DNA of 64,000 bases from an uncultured Gemmatimonadales bacterium (GTDB lineage Bacteria > Gemmatimonadota > Gemmatimonadetes > Gemmatimonadales > GWC2-71-9). Positions 20,099 to 29,607 of this stretch are shown piece after piece. A model generated the notes under the pieces. That model was not told the origin of the DNA and ran no database searches. It saw nothing but the letters and a program-made list of their open reading frames with translations. The stretch lies in the NCBI GenBank assembly GCA_963711915.1, contig CAVQGA010000012.1, forward strand, positions 31,841 through 95,840, read 5' to 3'. The translations under genes and the position numbers were made by a program. How positions within the stretch are numbered: position 1 is the first letter of the stretch; the number at the start of each line of letters is the position of its first letter.

Positions 20099-21604
20099 CT
20101 ACGGGGCCGGCGGGGAGCGCTCGGGGACCTCGCCGCCCAGCGCCTTGAACAGCGCGGCATAGGACGTCGCGGCATCGGTGTGCGCCTGGGCCAGCTGGTC
20201 CTCGGCGTCGAGCTGGGTGCGCTCGGCGTCGAGCACCTGGAGAAAGTCCGCCACGCCGCCCTCGAACCGGAGCCGCGCCAGATCGGCGGCGCGGGCACTG
20301 GCCGAGGCGGCGTCCTGGATCCGATCCACCCGCGAGCGCGCGGTCCGGTAGCGCACCAGCCCCGTCTCCACGTCCTGCAACGCCCTGAGCACCGTTTGGG
20401 CGTACTGTGCCTCCGCCTCCGCCGCCCGGGAACGGCTGGCATCCACCCTGGCCTTGACGCGGCCGAGGTTGAGCGCCGGCCACGAAATCACCGGGCCCAC
20501 GGCGTAGCGGAACGTGCCCGGATCGCCCAGGCCGCTCAGCGCCCCCGCCGTATATCCGGCGCTCCCGCCGACCGTGATCCGCGGCAGGTACTCCGCCTTG
20601 GCCGAGCCGACGAAGGCGCGCTCGGCCGCCACCTGCCGCTCGGCGGAGGCGACATCGGGGCGGTGGCGGATGAGCGAGTCGGGAGTCGCGACCGCGACGT
20701 CCGCGGGCAGGGTCGGGATGGCGGCGGTGGCCCCGAGCTCGTCGGCCAGGCCCGCGGGCGGCCGGCCCACCAGCACCCCGACCTGGAACTGGGCCGACGC
20801 CACCTGCGCTTCCAGCGTCGGGATCGAGGCGAGGGTGAAGCCGAGCTGGGTGCGGGCCCGCTCGGTGTCGAAGGCGGTGCCCCGGCCGGCGTCGAGCCGC
20901 TGCTGGGTCACCTCGAGCGTCCGGCGCTGGTTCTCCGCGTTGCGGCGGGCGACCGCGAGCCGCTCCTGCGCGCCGCGCAGCTCGAAGTAGGTGCGCGCCA
21001 GCTCGGCCGTGAGCGCCACCTGCACGTCCCTCAGATCCTCGGCGGCGGCGCCCACCAGCGCGCCCCGCGCCTGCACGTCCCGCCGCACCCGTCCGAACAG
21101 GTCCAGCTCCCACGACGCGTCGAATCCGCCGTCCCAGAGATCCTGGTCCGGGAAGCTGCCGCTCCCGATCGGAAAGGTCGCGCCCGAGAGTCGCTGGCGG
21201 GTGTAGCCGCCGCCGACCGTGACCGTCGGGGCCAGGTCGAAGCCCGCCTCCGAACGCGCCGCCCGTGCGCCGCGCACCCGGGCCGCGGCGGCCTGCACGT
21301 CGAGATTGGCGCGCACCAGCTCGGCCATCAGCCGGTCGAGCGTCGTGTCGCCCAGCGCGCGCCAGTATGACGCCTGATCCACCGTGCCGACCGCCCGCTC
21401 GGGGGCCGACGGGACCATCGGCGGGACGGTGTCGGTCGTGCCGGCGGCTGGTGGCGGTGGGACCGGCGCGATGGAGGTCGTATCTCGGGCGGACTCACGG
21501 AAGTTCGAGGGCACGGCCACGCCGGACGCACGGTAGCCGGGCGAGGTGGCGCACGCGGCCAGGAGGAAGCTCATCAGGGTCGAAAGATTCCGCGGGCTAC
21601 GCAT
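20099..21604 (-). CDS. RND efflux outer membrane factor lipoprotein (NodT family)
   Basis: Lipobox FLLAAC. Two OEP repeats, with the typical ...LDAGRGTAFD.. and ..ALGGE.. ending. Confidence 0.9.
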   Translation of the reverse strand: MRSPRNLSTLMSFLLAACATSPGYRASGVAVPSNFRESARDTTSIAPVPPPPAAGTTDTVPPMVPSAPERAVGTVDQASYWRALGDTTLDRLMAELVRANLDVQAAAARVRGARAARSEAGFDLAPTVTVGGGYTRQRLSGATFPIGSGSFPDQDLWDGGFDASWELDLFGRVRRDVQARGALVGAAAEDLRDVQVALTAELARTYFELRGAQERLAVARRNAENQRRTLEVTQQRLDAGRGTAFDTERARTQLGFTLASIPTLEAQVASAQFQVGVLVGRPPAGLADELGATAAIPTLPADVAVATPDSLIRHRPDVASAERQVAAERAFVGSAKAEYLPRITVGGSAGYTAGALSGLGDPGTFRYAVGPVISWPALNLGRVKARVDASRSRAAEAEAQYAQTVLRALQDVETGLVRYRTARSRVDRIQDAASASARAADLARLRFEGGVADFLQVLDAERTQLDAEDQLAQAHTDAATSYAALFKALGGEVPERSPPAP

Positions 21605-24600
21605 GGATTTCCTCGGGCGTACGGCGCTCGACCGGCGCGGTGGCAGCCGTGCGCCGACGCCGCTCGAGCAGGTGCTGGATGACGACGTAGAACACCGGCG
21701 TGAGCACGAGACCGAAGAACGTCACGCCGAGCATGCCGGAGAACACGGCCACGCCCATCGCGTGCCGCATCTCGGCGCCCGCACCGCTCGAAAACACCAG
21801 CGGCAGCACGCCCATGATGAAGGCGAACGAGGTCATCAGGATCGGCCGGAGCCGGATCCGGCAGGCCTCGAGCGCCGCCTCGACCGCGGAGCGGCCCTGC
21901 AGGTGGAGCTCGCGCGCGAACTCGACGATCAGGATCGCGTTCTTGCAGGCGAGGCCGATGAGCACGAGAAACCCGATCTGCGTGAAGATGTTGTTGTCGC
22001 CCTTGGTGAGCCACACGCCCGTGATGGCGCAGAGCAGGGACATGGGCACGATCAGGATGACCGCGAGCGGCAACGACCAGCTCTCGTACTGTGCCGCGAG
22101 CACCAGGAACGCGAGCAGCACGCAGAGCGGGAAGATGAAGACCGCGGTGTTGCCGGACAGCCGCTGCTGATAGCTGAGGTCGGTCCACTCGTAGCCGATG
22201 CCGTTGGGCAAGACCTCCTGCGCCAGCCGTTCGATGGCGGCCTCCGCCTGGCCCGAGCTCGCGCCAGGGGCCGGGCCGCCGTTGATGTCGGCCGCCGGAT
22301 AGCCGTTGTAGCGCAACCCCTGGTCCGGTCCGTGCGACTGCTTCACCTGGACCACCGAGCCGAGCGGCACCATGGCGCCCTGCGCGTTCCGCACCTTGAG
22401 CTGCGCGATGTTGTCGGCGGTGGCGCGGTACTGCGCGTCCGCCTGCACCTTGACCTGGTAGGTGCGGCCGAACCGGTTGAAGTCGTTGGCGTACACCGAT
22501 CCGAGGTAGACCTGCATGGTCTGGAACAGATCGGTGAGCGAGATGCCCTCGCGCTTCACCTTCTCCCGGTCCACCTCGACTTCGAGCTGGGGCACGTTGA
22601 TCCGGTAGCTCGAGAACAGGCCGGTGAGCTCCGGGGTCTGGTACGCCCGCCCGAGCAGCGCCTGGGTGGCGTCGTTGAGCGCGGCCTCGCCCAGCCCGGC
22701 CCGGTCCTCGAGCTCGAGCTTGAAGCCGCCGACCTGGCCCAGTCCGTTGACCGGGGGCGGCGGGAACACGGCCACGAACGCGTCCTGGATCGCCGAGAAC
22801 TTCCCGTTGAGCGCCCCGGCGATGTTGAGGCCGTACTGGTCCTTCCCGTGACGCTTATCGAACGGCTTCAGGGTGACGAAGACGATGCCGGCGTTCGGGG
22901 CGTTGACGAACCCGTTGATGGAGAGGCCGGGAAACTGCACGGCGTTCTCGACGCCCGGCTGCTTGAGGGCGATGTCGGCCATCTGCCGGATGACGCGCGT
23001 CGTCCGGTCGAGCGTCGCCGCGTCGGGCAGCTGCGCGAAGGCCACCAGGTACTGCTTGTCCTGCGTCGGCACGAAGCCGTGCGGCACCTTGTTGAACCCG
23101 AACACGGTGAGGGCGACGAGCCCGGCGTATACCGCGAGCACGATCCCCCCGCTCCGGATGACGCGAGCCACGGCGGAGCCATAGCGCTCGGAGCCCCGCC
23201 TGAAGGCCCGGTTGAACGGCCGGAAGATCCACCCGAGCGTGCGATCGAGCACACGGGTCAACCGGTCGGGCGGCGCCTCGCGGGACTTGAGCAGGATCGC
23301 GCTCAGGGCCGGGCTCAGGGTGAGCGAGTTCACGGCCGAGATTACGGTCGAGAACGCGATCGTCAGCGCGAACTGGCGGTAGAACTCGCCCGTGAGGCCG
23401 CTCAGGAACGCCACCGGCACGAACACGGCGCACAGGACCAGGCCGATGGCGATGATCGGACCGCTGACCTCTTCCATGGCCTTGTAGGAGGCATCGCGGG
23501 GCGAGAGCCCGGCTTCGATGTTGCGCTCGACGTTCTCGACCACCACGATGGCGTCGTCCACCACGATGCCGATGGCGAGCACCAGCCCGAACAGCGACAG
23601 GGTGTTGATCGAGAACCCGAAGCCGAGCAGGACCGCGAACGTTCCGACGATGGAGATCGGGACCGCCACCAGCGGAATGATCGACGCCCGCCAGGTCTGG
23701 AGGAACAGGACCACGACGATCACCACCAGCAGGATCGCCTCGAACAGCGTCTTGACCACCTCGCGAATGCCGTCCCGGACGTTGATCGTCGGGTCGTAGA
23801 CGATCCGGTACTCCACGCCTTCGGGGAAGTTCTGCTTGAGCTCCTCCATCGTCCGCCGCACGGTGGACGAGAGCTGCAGGGCATTCGATCCGGGGGCCTG
23901 GAAGACGCCGATGCCCACGGCGTCCTGGTTGTCGAGCAGGGAGCGGAGCGCGTAGTCGCCGGCGGCAAGCTCGATGCGCGAAACGTCGCGGAGCCGCGTG
24001 ATCTCGCCGTCGGCGCCGGCCTTGAGGATGATGTCGCCGAACTCCTTCTCGTCGAGCAGGCGCCCGCGCGCGTTCACGCTGAGCTGGTAGTCGACCGGGA
24101 CGGGCATCGGTGGTGCGCCGATCACGCCGGCCGCGACCTGCACGTTCTGCTCGCGGATGGCGCTCACGACGTCGCCCGCGGTCAGGCCGCGGGCCGCGAC
24201 CTTCCCGGGATCCAGCCAGATCCGCATGGCGTAGTCGCCGCCCCCGAAGACCTGGACCTGCCCGACCCCGGGAATGCGGCCGATCACGTCCTTGATCTGC
24301 AGCAGGCCGTAGTTCCTGAGATAGACGTCGTTGTACCGGTGGTCCGGCGAGACCAGGTGCACGACCATGATGAAATTGGGGGAGCTCTTGACGGTCGTGA
24401 CGCCGAGTTGCCGGACCTCGTCCGGCAGGCGGGGCAGGGCCTGGCTCACGCGGTTCTGCACCTGTACCTGCGCCTTGTCGACGTCGCTGCCGACGCGGAA
24501 GGTGACGGTGAGCGTGAGGACGCCGTCCGACGTGGCCTGGGACGACATGTACAGCATGTTCTCGACGCCGTTGATCTGCTCCTCGAGCGGCGTCGCGACG

Positions 24601-24785
24601 GCCTCGGACAGCGTGCGTGGGTTGGCGCCGGGGTACACGGCGCGGACCACGACCGACGGCGGCACGACTTCCGGGTACTCGCTGACCGGCAGCGTGAGCA
24701 TCGCGATCAGGCCCGCGATGAAGACCACGATCGACAGCACGGCCGCGAAGATCGGCCGGTCGATGAAGAAGCGTGACAGTCGCAT
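21597..24785 (-). CDS. RND (HAE1, AcrB/MexB-like) efflux permease
   Basis: MRLSRFFIDRPIFAAVLSIVVFIAGL... 1062 aa, with conserved AcrB-type N-terminus and TM4 region (VLAIGIVVDDAIVVVENVER). Confidence 0.95.
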   Translation of the reverse strand: MRLSRFFIDRPIFAAVLSIVVFIAGLIAMLTLPVSEYPEVVPPSVVVRAVYPGANPRTLSEAVATPLEEQINGVENMLYMSSQATSDGVLTLTVTFRVGSDVDKAQVQVQNRVSQALPRLPDEVRQLGVTTVKSSPNFIMVVHLVSPDHRYNDVYLRNYGLLQIKDVIGRIPGVGQVQVFGGGDYAMRIWLDPGKVAARGLTAGDVVSAIREQNVQVAAGVIGAPPMPVPVDYQLSVNARGRLLDEKEFGDIILKAGADGEITRLRDVSRIELAAGDYALRSLLDNQDAVGIGVFQAPGSNALQLSSTVRRTMEELKQNFPEGVEYRIVYDPTINVRDGIREVVKTLFEAILLVVIVVVLFLQTWRASIIPLVAVPISIVGTFAVLLGFGFSINTLSLFGLVLAIGIVVDDAIVVVENVERNIEAGLSPRDASYKAMEEVSGPIIAIGLVLCAVFVPVAFLSGLTGEFYRQFALTIAFSTVISAVNSLTLSPALSAILLKSREAPPDRLTRVLDRTLGWIFRPFNRAFRRGSERYGSAVARVIRSGGIVLAVYAGLVALTVFGFNKVPHGFVPTQDKQYLVAFAQLPDAATLDRTTRVIRQMADIALKQPGVENAVQFPGLSINGFVNAPNAGIVFVTLKPFDKRHGKDQYGLNIAGALNGKFSAIQDAFVAVFPPPPVNGLGQVGGFKLELEDRAGLGEAALNDATQALLGRAYQTPELTGLFSSYRINVPQLEVEVDREKVKREGISLTDLFQTMQVYLGSVYANDFNRFGRTYQVKVQADAQYRATADNIAQLKVRNAQGAMVPLGSVVQVKQSHGPDQGLRYNGYPAADINGGPAPGASSGQAEAAIERLAQEVLPNGIGYEWTDLSYQQRLSGNTAVFIFPLCVLLAFLVLAAQYESWSLPLAVILIVPMSLLCAITGVWLTKGDNNIFTQIGFLVLIGLACKNAILIVEFARELHLQGRSAVEAALEACRIRLRPILMTSFAFIMGVLPLVFSSGAGAEMRHAMGVAVFSGMLGVTFFGLVLTPVFYVVIQHLLERRRRTAATAPVERRTPEEIHA

Positions 24786-24787
24786 GG

Positions 24788-25987
24788 CTAGCGCTCCGCG
24801 ACGGCGGCGCTATCGCGCCTCATGCCCGAGTCCTGCGTCGTGGACGTGTCCGGAACCATCGCGACCAGCTTCGGGGCGACCTTCACCCCCGGCCGCACCC
24901 GCATGAGTCCGTTGACGACGACCTTGTCGCCGGCCGCGACGCCCTTGCGCACGATGCGAAGACCATCGTCGGACAGGCGACCGAGCTCGACCGGGCGGTA
25001 CTCGAGGCTGTCGCCCTTGCCGAGGACGAGCAGGAACTTGCGATCCTGGTCCGTACCCACGGCCGCATCGCGCACCAGCAGGGCGGGAGCGCGCTGGCTG
25101 CCCACCAGCTTCACCCGGGCGAACAGCCCCGGCGTGAACTGGCGGTTGCGATTGGAGAAGATGGCGCGGGTGCGGATCGTCCCACTAGCCGGGTCGATCC
25201 GGTTGTCCACGAAGTCCAGCCGACCCTCGTGCGGGAACCCGGTCTCGTTGGCTAGGCCGAGATAGACCGGGAAGCGCGCGTCGCGCCAGCCCCGGGTGCC
25301 CGCCGCGGCGGCGCGCCCGGAGTAGCGCAGATAGGTCTGCTCGTCGCTGTCGAAGTACAGATAGACGGAGTCGAGCGCCACGACGGTGGTGAGCAACGTG
25401 GCGTCGGGCGGCCCGGCCTGCACCAGGTTGCCCTCGGTCACCTCGGCGCGGCTCACGCGGCCGGCGATCGGCGACCGGACCTGGGTCCACCCGAGGTTGA
25501 GCCGCGCGGTCTCGACGGCGGCCTCCGCGGCACGTACCGCTGCGACGCTGTTGGCCTGCGCGCTGGTCCGGCTGTCGAACTCCTCGCGCGAAATCGCCTG
25601 CACGTTCACCAGCTTCTCGGCGCGGGCCACCTCCCGCTGGGCGAGCTCGGCCGCGGTGCGCGCCTGCTCCAGCTGCGCCTGGGCGCGGTCGAGGTCGGCC
25701 TGATAGGGTCGGGGATCGATCTCGAAGAGCACCTCGCCCTTCCGGACCTCACGCCCCTCGGTGAATGTCAGGCGCCGGATGTAGCCCGAGACCCGGGGCC
25801 GGATCTCCACGTGGTCCACCGCTTCGAGGCGGCCACTGAACTCGTCCCACTCCGCGATGTCGCGCTCCAGGACGGGGGCGACGCTGACGGTGGGTGGGGG
25901 CGGGGGTGCCGGCGGCTTGGGGTCGCAGCCGAGGGCCGGGCCGACGAGCCAGACCGAACTGAGCAGCGCGAGGTGGCGGGACCGCAT
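24788..25987 (-). CDS. RND efflux periplasmic adaptor (MFP)
   Basis: Lipobox-like PALGC, a coiled-coil hairpin (DLDRAQAQLEQARTAAELAQREVARAEKL) and beta-barrel domains. Its stop lies 3 nt upstream of the RND start. Confidence 0.9.
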   Translation of the reverse strand: MRSRHLALLSSVWLVGPALGCDPKPPAPPPPPTVSVAPVLERDIAEWDEFSGRLEAVDHVEIRPRVSGYIRRLTFTEGREVRKGEVLFEIDPRPYQADLDRAQAQLEQARTAAELAQREVARAEKLVNVQAISREEFDSRTSAQANSVAAVRAAEAAVETARLNLGWTQVRSPIAGRVSRAEVTEGNLVQAGPPDATLLTTVVALDSVYLYFDSDEQTYLRYSGRAAAAGTRGWRDARFPVYLGLANETGFPHEGRLDFVDNRIDPASGTIRTRAIFSNRNRQFTPGLFARVKLVGSQRAPALLVRDAAVGTDQDRKFLLVLGKGDSLEYRPVELGRLSDDGLRIVRKGVAAGDKVVVNGLMRVRPGVKVAPKLVAMVPDTSTTQDSGMRRDSAAVAER

Positions 25988-26079
25988 CTCAATCCTCCGG
26001 TGTTACAATAGTTTTACAACCGTCTAACATATTTGTCGCTCGAGGGCCTGACGCTTCGCGCCCGCCCCGGGTTCGCTGC

Positions 26080-26394
26080 CTAGGACTCCGACGACCCCAT
26101 CCGGCGCCGCAGCTCGGCCGTGTAGGCGTCCAGCACGTCCCGCCGGACCTGGCAGTTGAGGTGCTGGCCCTCGCGCCGCGCGTCCACCAGCCCGGCACGC
26201 ACCAACTCCTTGATATGATGGGAGATCGTGGCCTTGGACACGGGGAACTGATCGCGCAGGCGCTGACACGGGCACGCGCGCTCGCTGGCGATCGTCTCGA
26301 GCAGCGCCATGCGCCTGGGATCCGAGAGCGCCTTGGCGATGAGCTCGAACTGCCGACCGGTAAGCCGGGTCCGGGGTAGGGGTCGTGAGGTCAC
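26080..26394 (-). CDS. ArsR/SmtB family transcriptional regulator
   Basis: LSDPRRMALLETI...VSKATISHHIKELVRAGLV winged-HTH. It lies 92 nt upstream of the efflux operon on the same strand. Confidence 0.85.
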   Translation of the reverse strand: MTSRPLPRTRLTGRQFELIAKALSDPRRMALLETIASERACPCQRLRDQFPVSKATISHHIKELVRAGLVDARREGQHLNCQVRRDVLDAYTAELRRRMGSSES

Positions 26395-26585
26395 AGTTCA
26401 ATGATTATCGAACTACCATGGGCTGTCAACCCCGAGCGCTCGCGGTCGGTGCCCCGCACCTGTCATCTCGAGCCGGCGAGGAGCCGCCCCCAGAGTGCGG
26501 GTGAGCCTCGATTCACAGCACGAGCCGATCGGTTCGGGGAGCCATGAGCGAAGCGAACGACGCTCGGCATATCGCGGTGTGCCGC

Positions 26586-27842
26586 CTAGCGGAACGTCCC
26601 CGGGCTCACCTCGTAGGTGAGATGGTACGCGCCCGCCTCCTCTTCCGCCGCCCAGAAGCCCAGTTGCTCCGTCCACCGCGTGGTCTGCAGTCGGCGGCCG
26701 CGAAGTGTGAGGAACCCGCCGGCGCGCGTCGTCACCACGCCGAGCCCCCGCAGGTCCTTGAGCCCGCGGAGCGTAACGCCGGTGCGTTCGTTCACCAGCC
26801 GCCGGGCGGCCACCGGGCCGATGCCCGGCACCCTGAGGAGCGTCTCGTAGTCCGCCCGCAGGATCTCCACCGGAAACCGTTCCGGATGCGCCAGCGCCCA
26901 CGCCGTCTTCGGATCCACCGAGAGCGGCAGATTCCCGTTGCGCTCGAACACCACCTCGTCCGCCGTGAAGCCGTAGTCGTTGAGCAGGTAATCCGCCTGA
27001 TACAGCCGGTGCTCGCGCAGCGCCGGTGCCGCGGGCGTGTGCTCCATCGGCGTGTCGGCGATCGGCCGGAACGCGCTGAAGTGCGCGTGATGGATGCCGC
27101 CACCGTTCTGCAGGCGCGCGACCGTCTCGATCAGCGTGCGATCGGTGTCGGGTGTGGCGCCGACCACGAACTGCATGGTCATGCCGGCGACGCCGCCGGG
27201 GTGCAGTGGATCCGGCGGCCGCCCGTGGGCCCGCGCCGTCCGCTCGCCCAGCACCAACGAACGCACCCGCTCCAGGTTCTCCAGCGACACCGCCAGGCTC
27301 TTCTCCGGCGCGATCCGGGTGAGCGTCTGCCCGCAGGGAGCCTCGAGGTTGAGGGACACACGCGTAGCGAGCGCCGTGAGCCGCTCGATCTGCGCCGGCT
27401 CCGCGCCGGCCACCAGCTTGACGTGGATGTAGCCCGCGAAACGGTGACGTTCCCGCAGGAGTTCGAGCGCGGTGATGAGATTGTCCATCACCTTGACCGG
27501 ACTGCTCGGAATGCCGGTGGTCACGAACAGCCCGTCGACCCATCCGCGACGGACCGCGCCGAGAAAGATGCGCACCAGCTCTTCGGGCTTGAGCAGGGTC
27601 CGAGGCAGATCGCGGTCCCGCCGCATCGGGCAGTAATGGCAGTTGTAGCTGCACGCGTTGGTCATGAGAATCCGGAGGAGCCGGGTCTCCCGGCCGCTCG
27701 AGCGCAGGCGGCGGATGTTGAGCGGTCCGAGCGATCCGGATCGGCGGGCGTGGCGGAGGCGGGGCGGGGGGCCGTCGCGATCGTCCCGGGCCAGTGACAT
27801 GAGAGTATCGAGCTTCTGGTCGAGATCGGGCACGTGCAGCAT
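26586..27842 (-). CDS. putative DNA modification/repair radical SAM protein (TIGR03916-like) with a C-terminal HhH
   Basis: CSYNCHYC (CxxxCxxC) cluster motif and C-terminal LLRVPGIGPVAARRL helix-hairpin-helix. Start ATG 27842 (MLHVPDLDQKLD). Confidence 0.7.
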   Translation of the reverse strand: MLHVPDLDQKLDTLMSLARDDRDGPPPRLRHARRSGSLGPLNIRRLRSSGRETRLLRILMTNACSYNCHYCPMRRDRDLPRTLLKPEELVRIFLGAVRRGWVDGLFVTTGIPSSPVKVMDNLITALELLRERHRFAGYIHVKLVAGAEPAQIERLTALATRVSLNLEAPCGQTLTRIAPEKSLAVSLENLERVRSLVLGERTARAHGRPPDPLHPGGVAGMTMQFVVGATPDTDRTLIETVARLQNGGGIHHAHFSAFRPIADTPMEHTPAAPALREHRLYQADYLLNDYGFTADEVVFERNGNLPLSVDPKTAWALAHPERFPVEILRADYETLLRVPGIGPVAARRLVNERTGVTLRGLKDLRGLGVVTTRAGGFLTLRGRRLQTTRWTEQLGFWAAEEEAGAYHLTYEVSPGTFR

Positions 27843-28005
27843 CGGCACCTCTCGGAGGACGTGCTCCCACAGTACCCGAAGATATCCCGAAACACAAGTC
27901 CGACAGAACCTCGCGCTCATGCGCGCGCGCCCGTTCGACATCATGACGACGGCCGCGCAGTCATGAACCTCGAGTGGGACATGGCCGGCGGGCTAAATTG
28001 CTCTG

Positions 28006-28482
28006 ATGGACACCACCTTCCGCGACTACGTCGCCCGCCTGCTCGACTGGGAGGAGGCCCACGCCGGGTTCGCCGCCGCCGTCGACGGACTGCCGCAGCC
28101 GCTCCGCGGCCGGACCCCCGAGGGCCTCCCCTACTCGCCGTGGCAGCTCGTCGAGCATCTCCGCATCACCCAGCACGACATCCTCGACTTCTGCGTGAAC
28201 CCGGCCTACCAGGAGCTGGACTGGCCGAAGGACTACTGGCCGCCCTCGGCCGCCCCGCCGTCGCCCGGCGCGTGGGACGAGAGTCTGCGCCGGTTCGGCG
28301 AGGACACGGCGGAGCTCCAGCGGCTCGCGCGCGACCCCACGGTGGATCTCAGCGCCCGGATTCCGCACGGCAGCGGGCAGACCTATTTGCGGGAGCTGCT
28401 GCTCGTAGCCGACCACACCGCCTACCACATCGGCGAGCTGATCGTGGTCCGGCGCCTGCTCGGCGCGTGGCCGAAGCGCTGA
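28006..28482 (+). CDS. DinB family protein
   Basis: WQLVEHLRITQHDIL...ADHTAYHIGELIVVRRLLG. Confidence 0.75.
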   Translation: MDTTFRDYVARLLDWEEAHAGFAAAVDGLPQPLRGRTPEGLPYSPWQLVEHLRITQHDILDFCVNPAYQELDWPKDYWPPSAAPPSPGAWDESLRRFGEDTAELQRLARDPTVDLSARIPHGSGQTYLRELLLVADHTAYHIGELIVVRRLLGAWPKR

Positions 28483-28555
28483 ACGACTCGCGCGCCCCTT
28501 CTGGCCGCTGCAGCCCAGCCGATGAGGCCTGGGGCGCGAGGTCCAGGGAGACCCG

Positions 28556-29401
28556 GTGAAGCCGATCCATCTCGCGCTCGTCGCCCTGGCCGCCGGCGCC
28601 GGCCTGCTGCTCGCCGCCGCGCGTAGGTGGCGGGCGAATACGGACGCGCTGGTCGCCCACCTGCGCGCCTCATCGGCCGAAACCCGACGTCCGTCCGTCG
28701 CCGAAGCCGATCTCGCGGGGCTGCCCGGTCCCGTCGCCCGCTACCTACGGATGGTGCTTCCCGCGTCCGCCCTGTCGATCGCCTGCGCCCGACTGACCCA
28801 GCGCGGAGAATTTCTCCTTCGCCCGGGACCGAGAGGCTGGCGTCCTTTCACCGCGGTCGAACACCTCACCGCTCAACCGCCGGGCTTCGTCTGGGACGCG
28901 CGCATCAGAATGGCTCCGGGGATGAGCGTCCTGGTGCGGGACGCCTTGGCCGCGGGGGCCGGGTCGCTCGAGGCGAGCATCATGGGAATCCGGCGGATCG
29001 TTTGGACAGCGGGCACACCGGCAATCACCGCAGGGCAGCTCCAGCGTTATCTCGCGGAGGCGGTCTGGATCCCCACGGCGTTCCTGCCCGGCGCCGGCGT
29101 GAGCTGGTCGGCGCTCGGCCCCGACTCGGCCCGCGCCTCGATCGCGACCGGCGGCACGAGGGTCTCGGTGGATTTCTTCTTCGGCGCCGATGGTCTCGTG
29201 GAGCGGGTCTTCACCGAAGCGCGCGAGCGCGACATCGGCGGCGGACGGACCGCCCCAACGCCGTGGCAGGGGCGTTTCTTCCGCTACGAATCGCGCGATG
29301 GATACCGGATCCCGATCACCGGCGAGGTGGAGTGGCTCCTTCCGGACGGTCCCCAACCGTATTGGCGTGGCGAAGTCACCGCCGTCACGTTTGAGACCTA
29401 G
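28556..29401 (+). CDS. hypothetical protein with an N-terminal TM/signal segment (DUF6544-like)
   Basis: GTG start. MKPIHLALVALAAGAGLLLAAARRW..., then a long soluble domain. The family call is from memory only. Confidence 0.45.
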   Translation: MKPIHLALVALAAGAGLLLAAARRWRANTDALVAHLRASSAETRRPSVAEADLAGLPGPVARYLRMVLPASALSIACARLTQRGEFLLRPGPRGWRPFTAVEHLTAQPPGFVWDARIRMAPGMSVLVRDALAAGAGSLEASIMGIRRIVWTAGTPAITAGQLQRYLAEAVWIPTAFLPGAGVSWSALGPDSARASIATGGTRVSVDFFFGADGLVERVFTEARERDIGGGRTAPTPWQGRFFRYESRDGYRIPITGEVEWLLPDGPQPYWRGEVTAVTFET

Positions 29402-29488
29402 CGGTAGTGATTGGCGGGGCAGGTGAGTCGGGCGGTCGCAGCGGCGGGCGGATGGCTCGGGGAATGGCGTCGATATCAGGTTTCCACC

Positions 29489-29507
29489 TGTCATCCGCTC
29501 GGGATGA
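29489..29507. repeat. collapsed REP-like palindrome (arm termini only)
   Basis: GTCATCCGCTCGGGATGAC retains only the outer arms of the GTCATCCCGAGCG...CGCTCGGGATGAC family. It is followed by TCCTCCGTCCTCCGTCC short repeats. Confidence 0.4.
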
Positions 29508-29607
29508 CATCGCGGCTTCCCCCCTTGCCCTCCAGGATGCCGTCGTCCTCCGTCCTCCGTCCCATGCTAGCTTTCCACCCAACATCCGACTCCGGACGGC
29601 GCACCAC

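Noticed and set aside
21546-24776. 1076-aa ORF on the + strand
   Set aside because: It is exactly antisense to the well-supported RND permease. Its composition is Arg/Asp/Gly/His-rich, with no motif. This is a typical high-GC antisense artefact.
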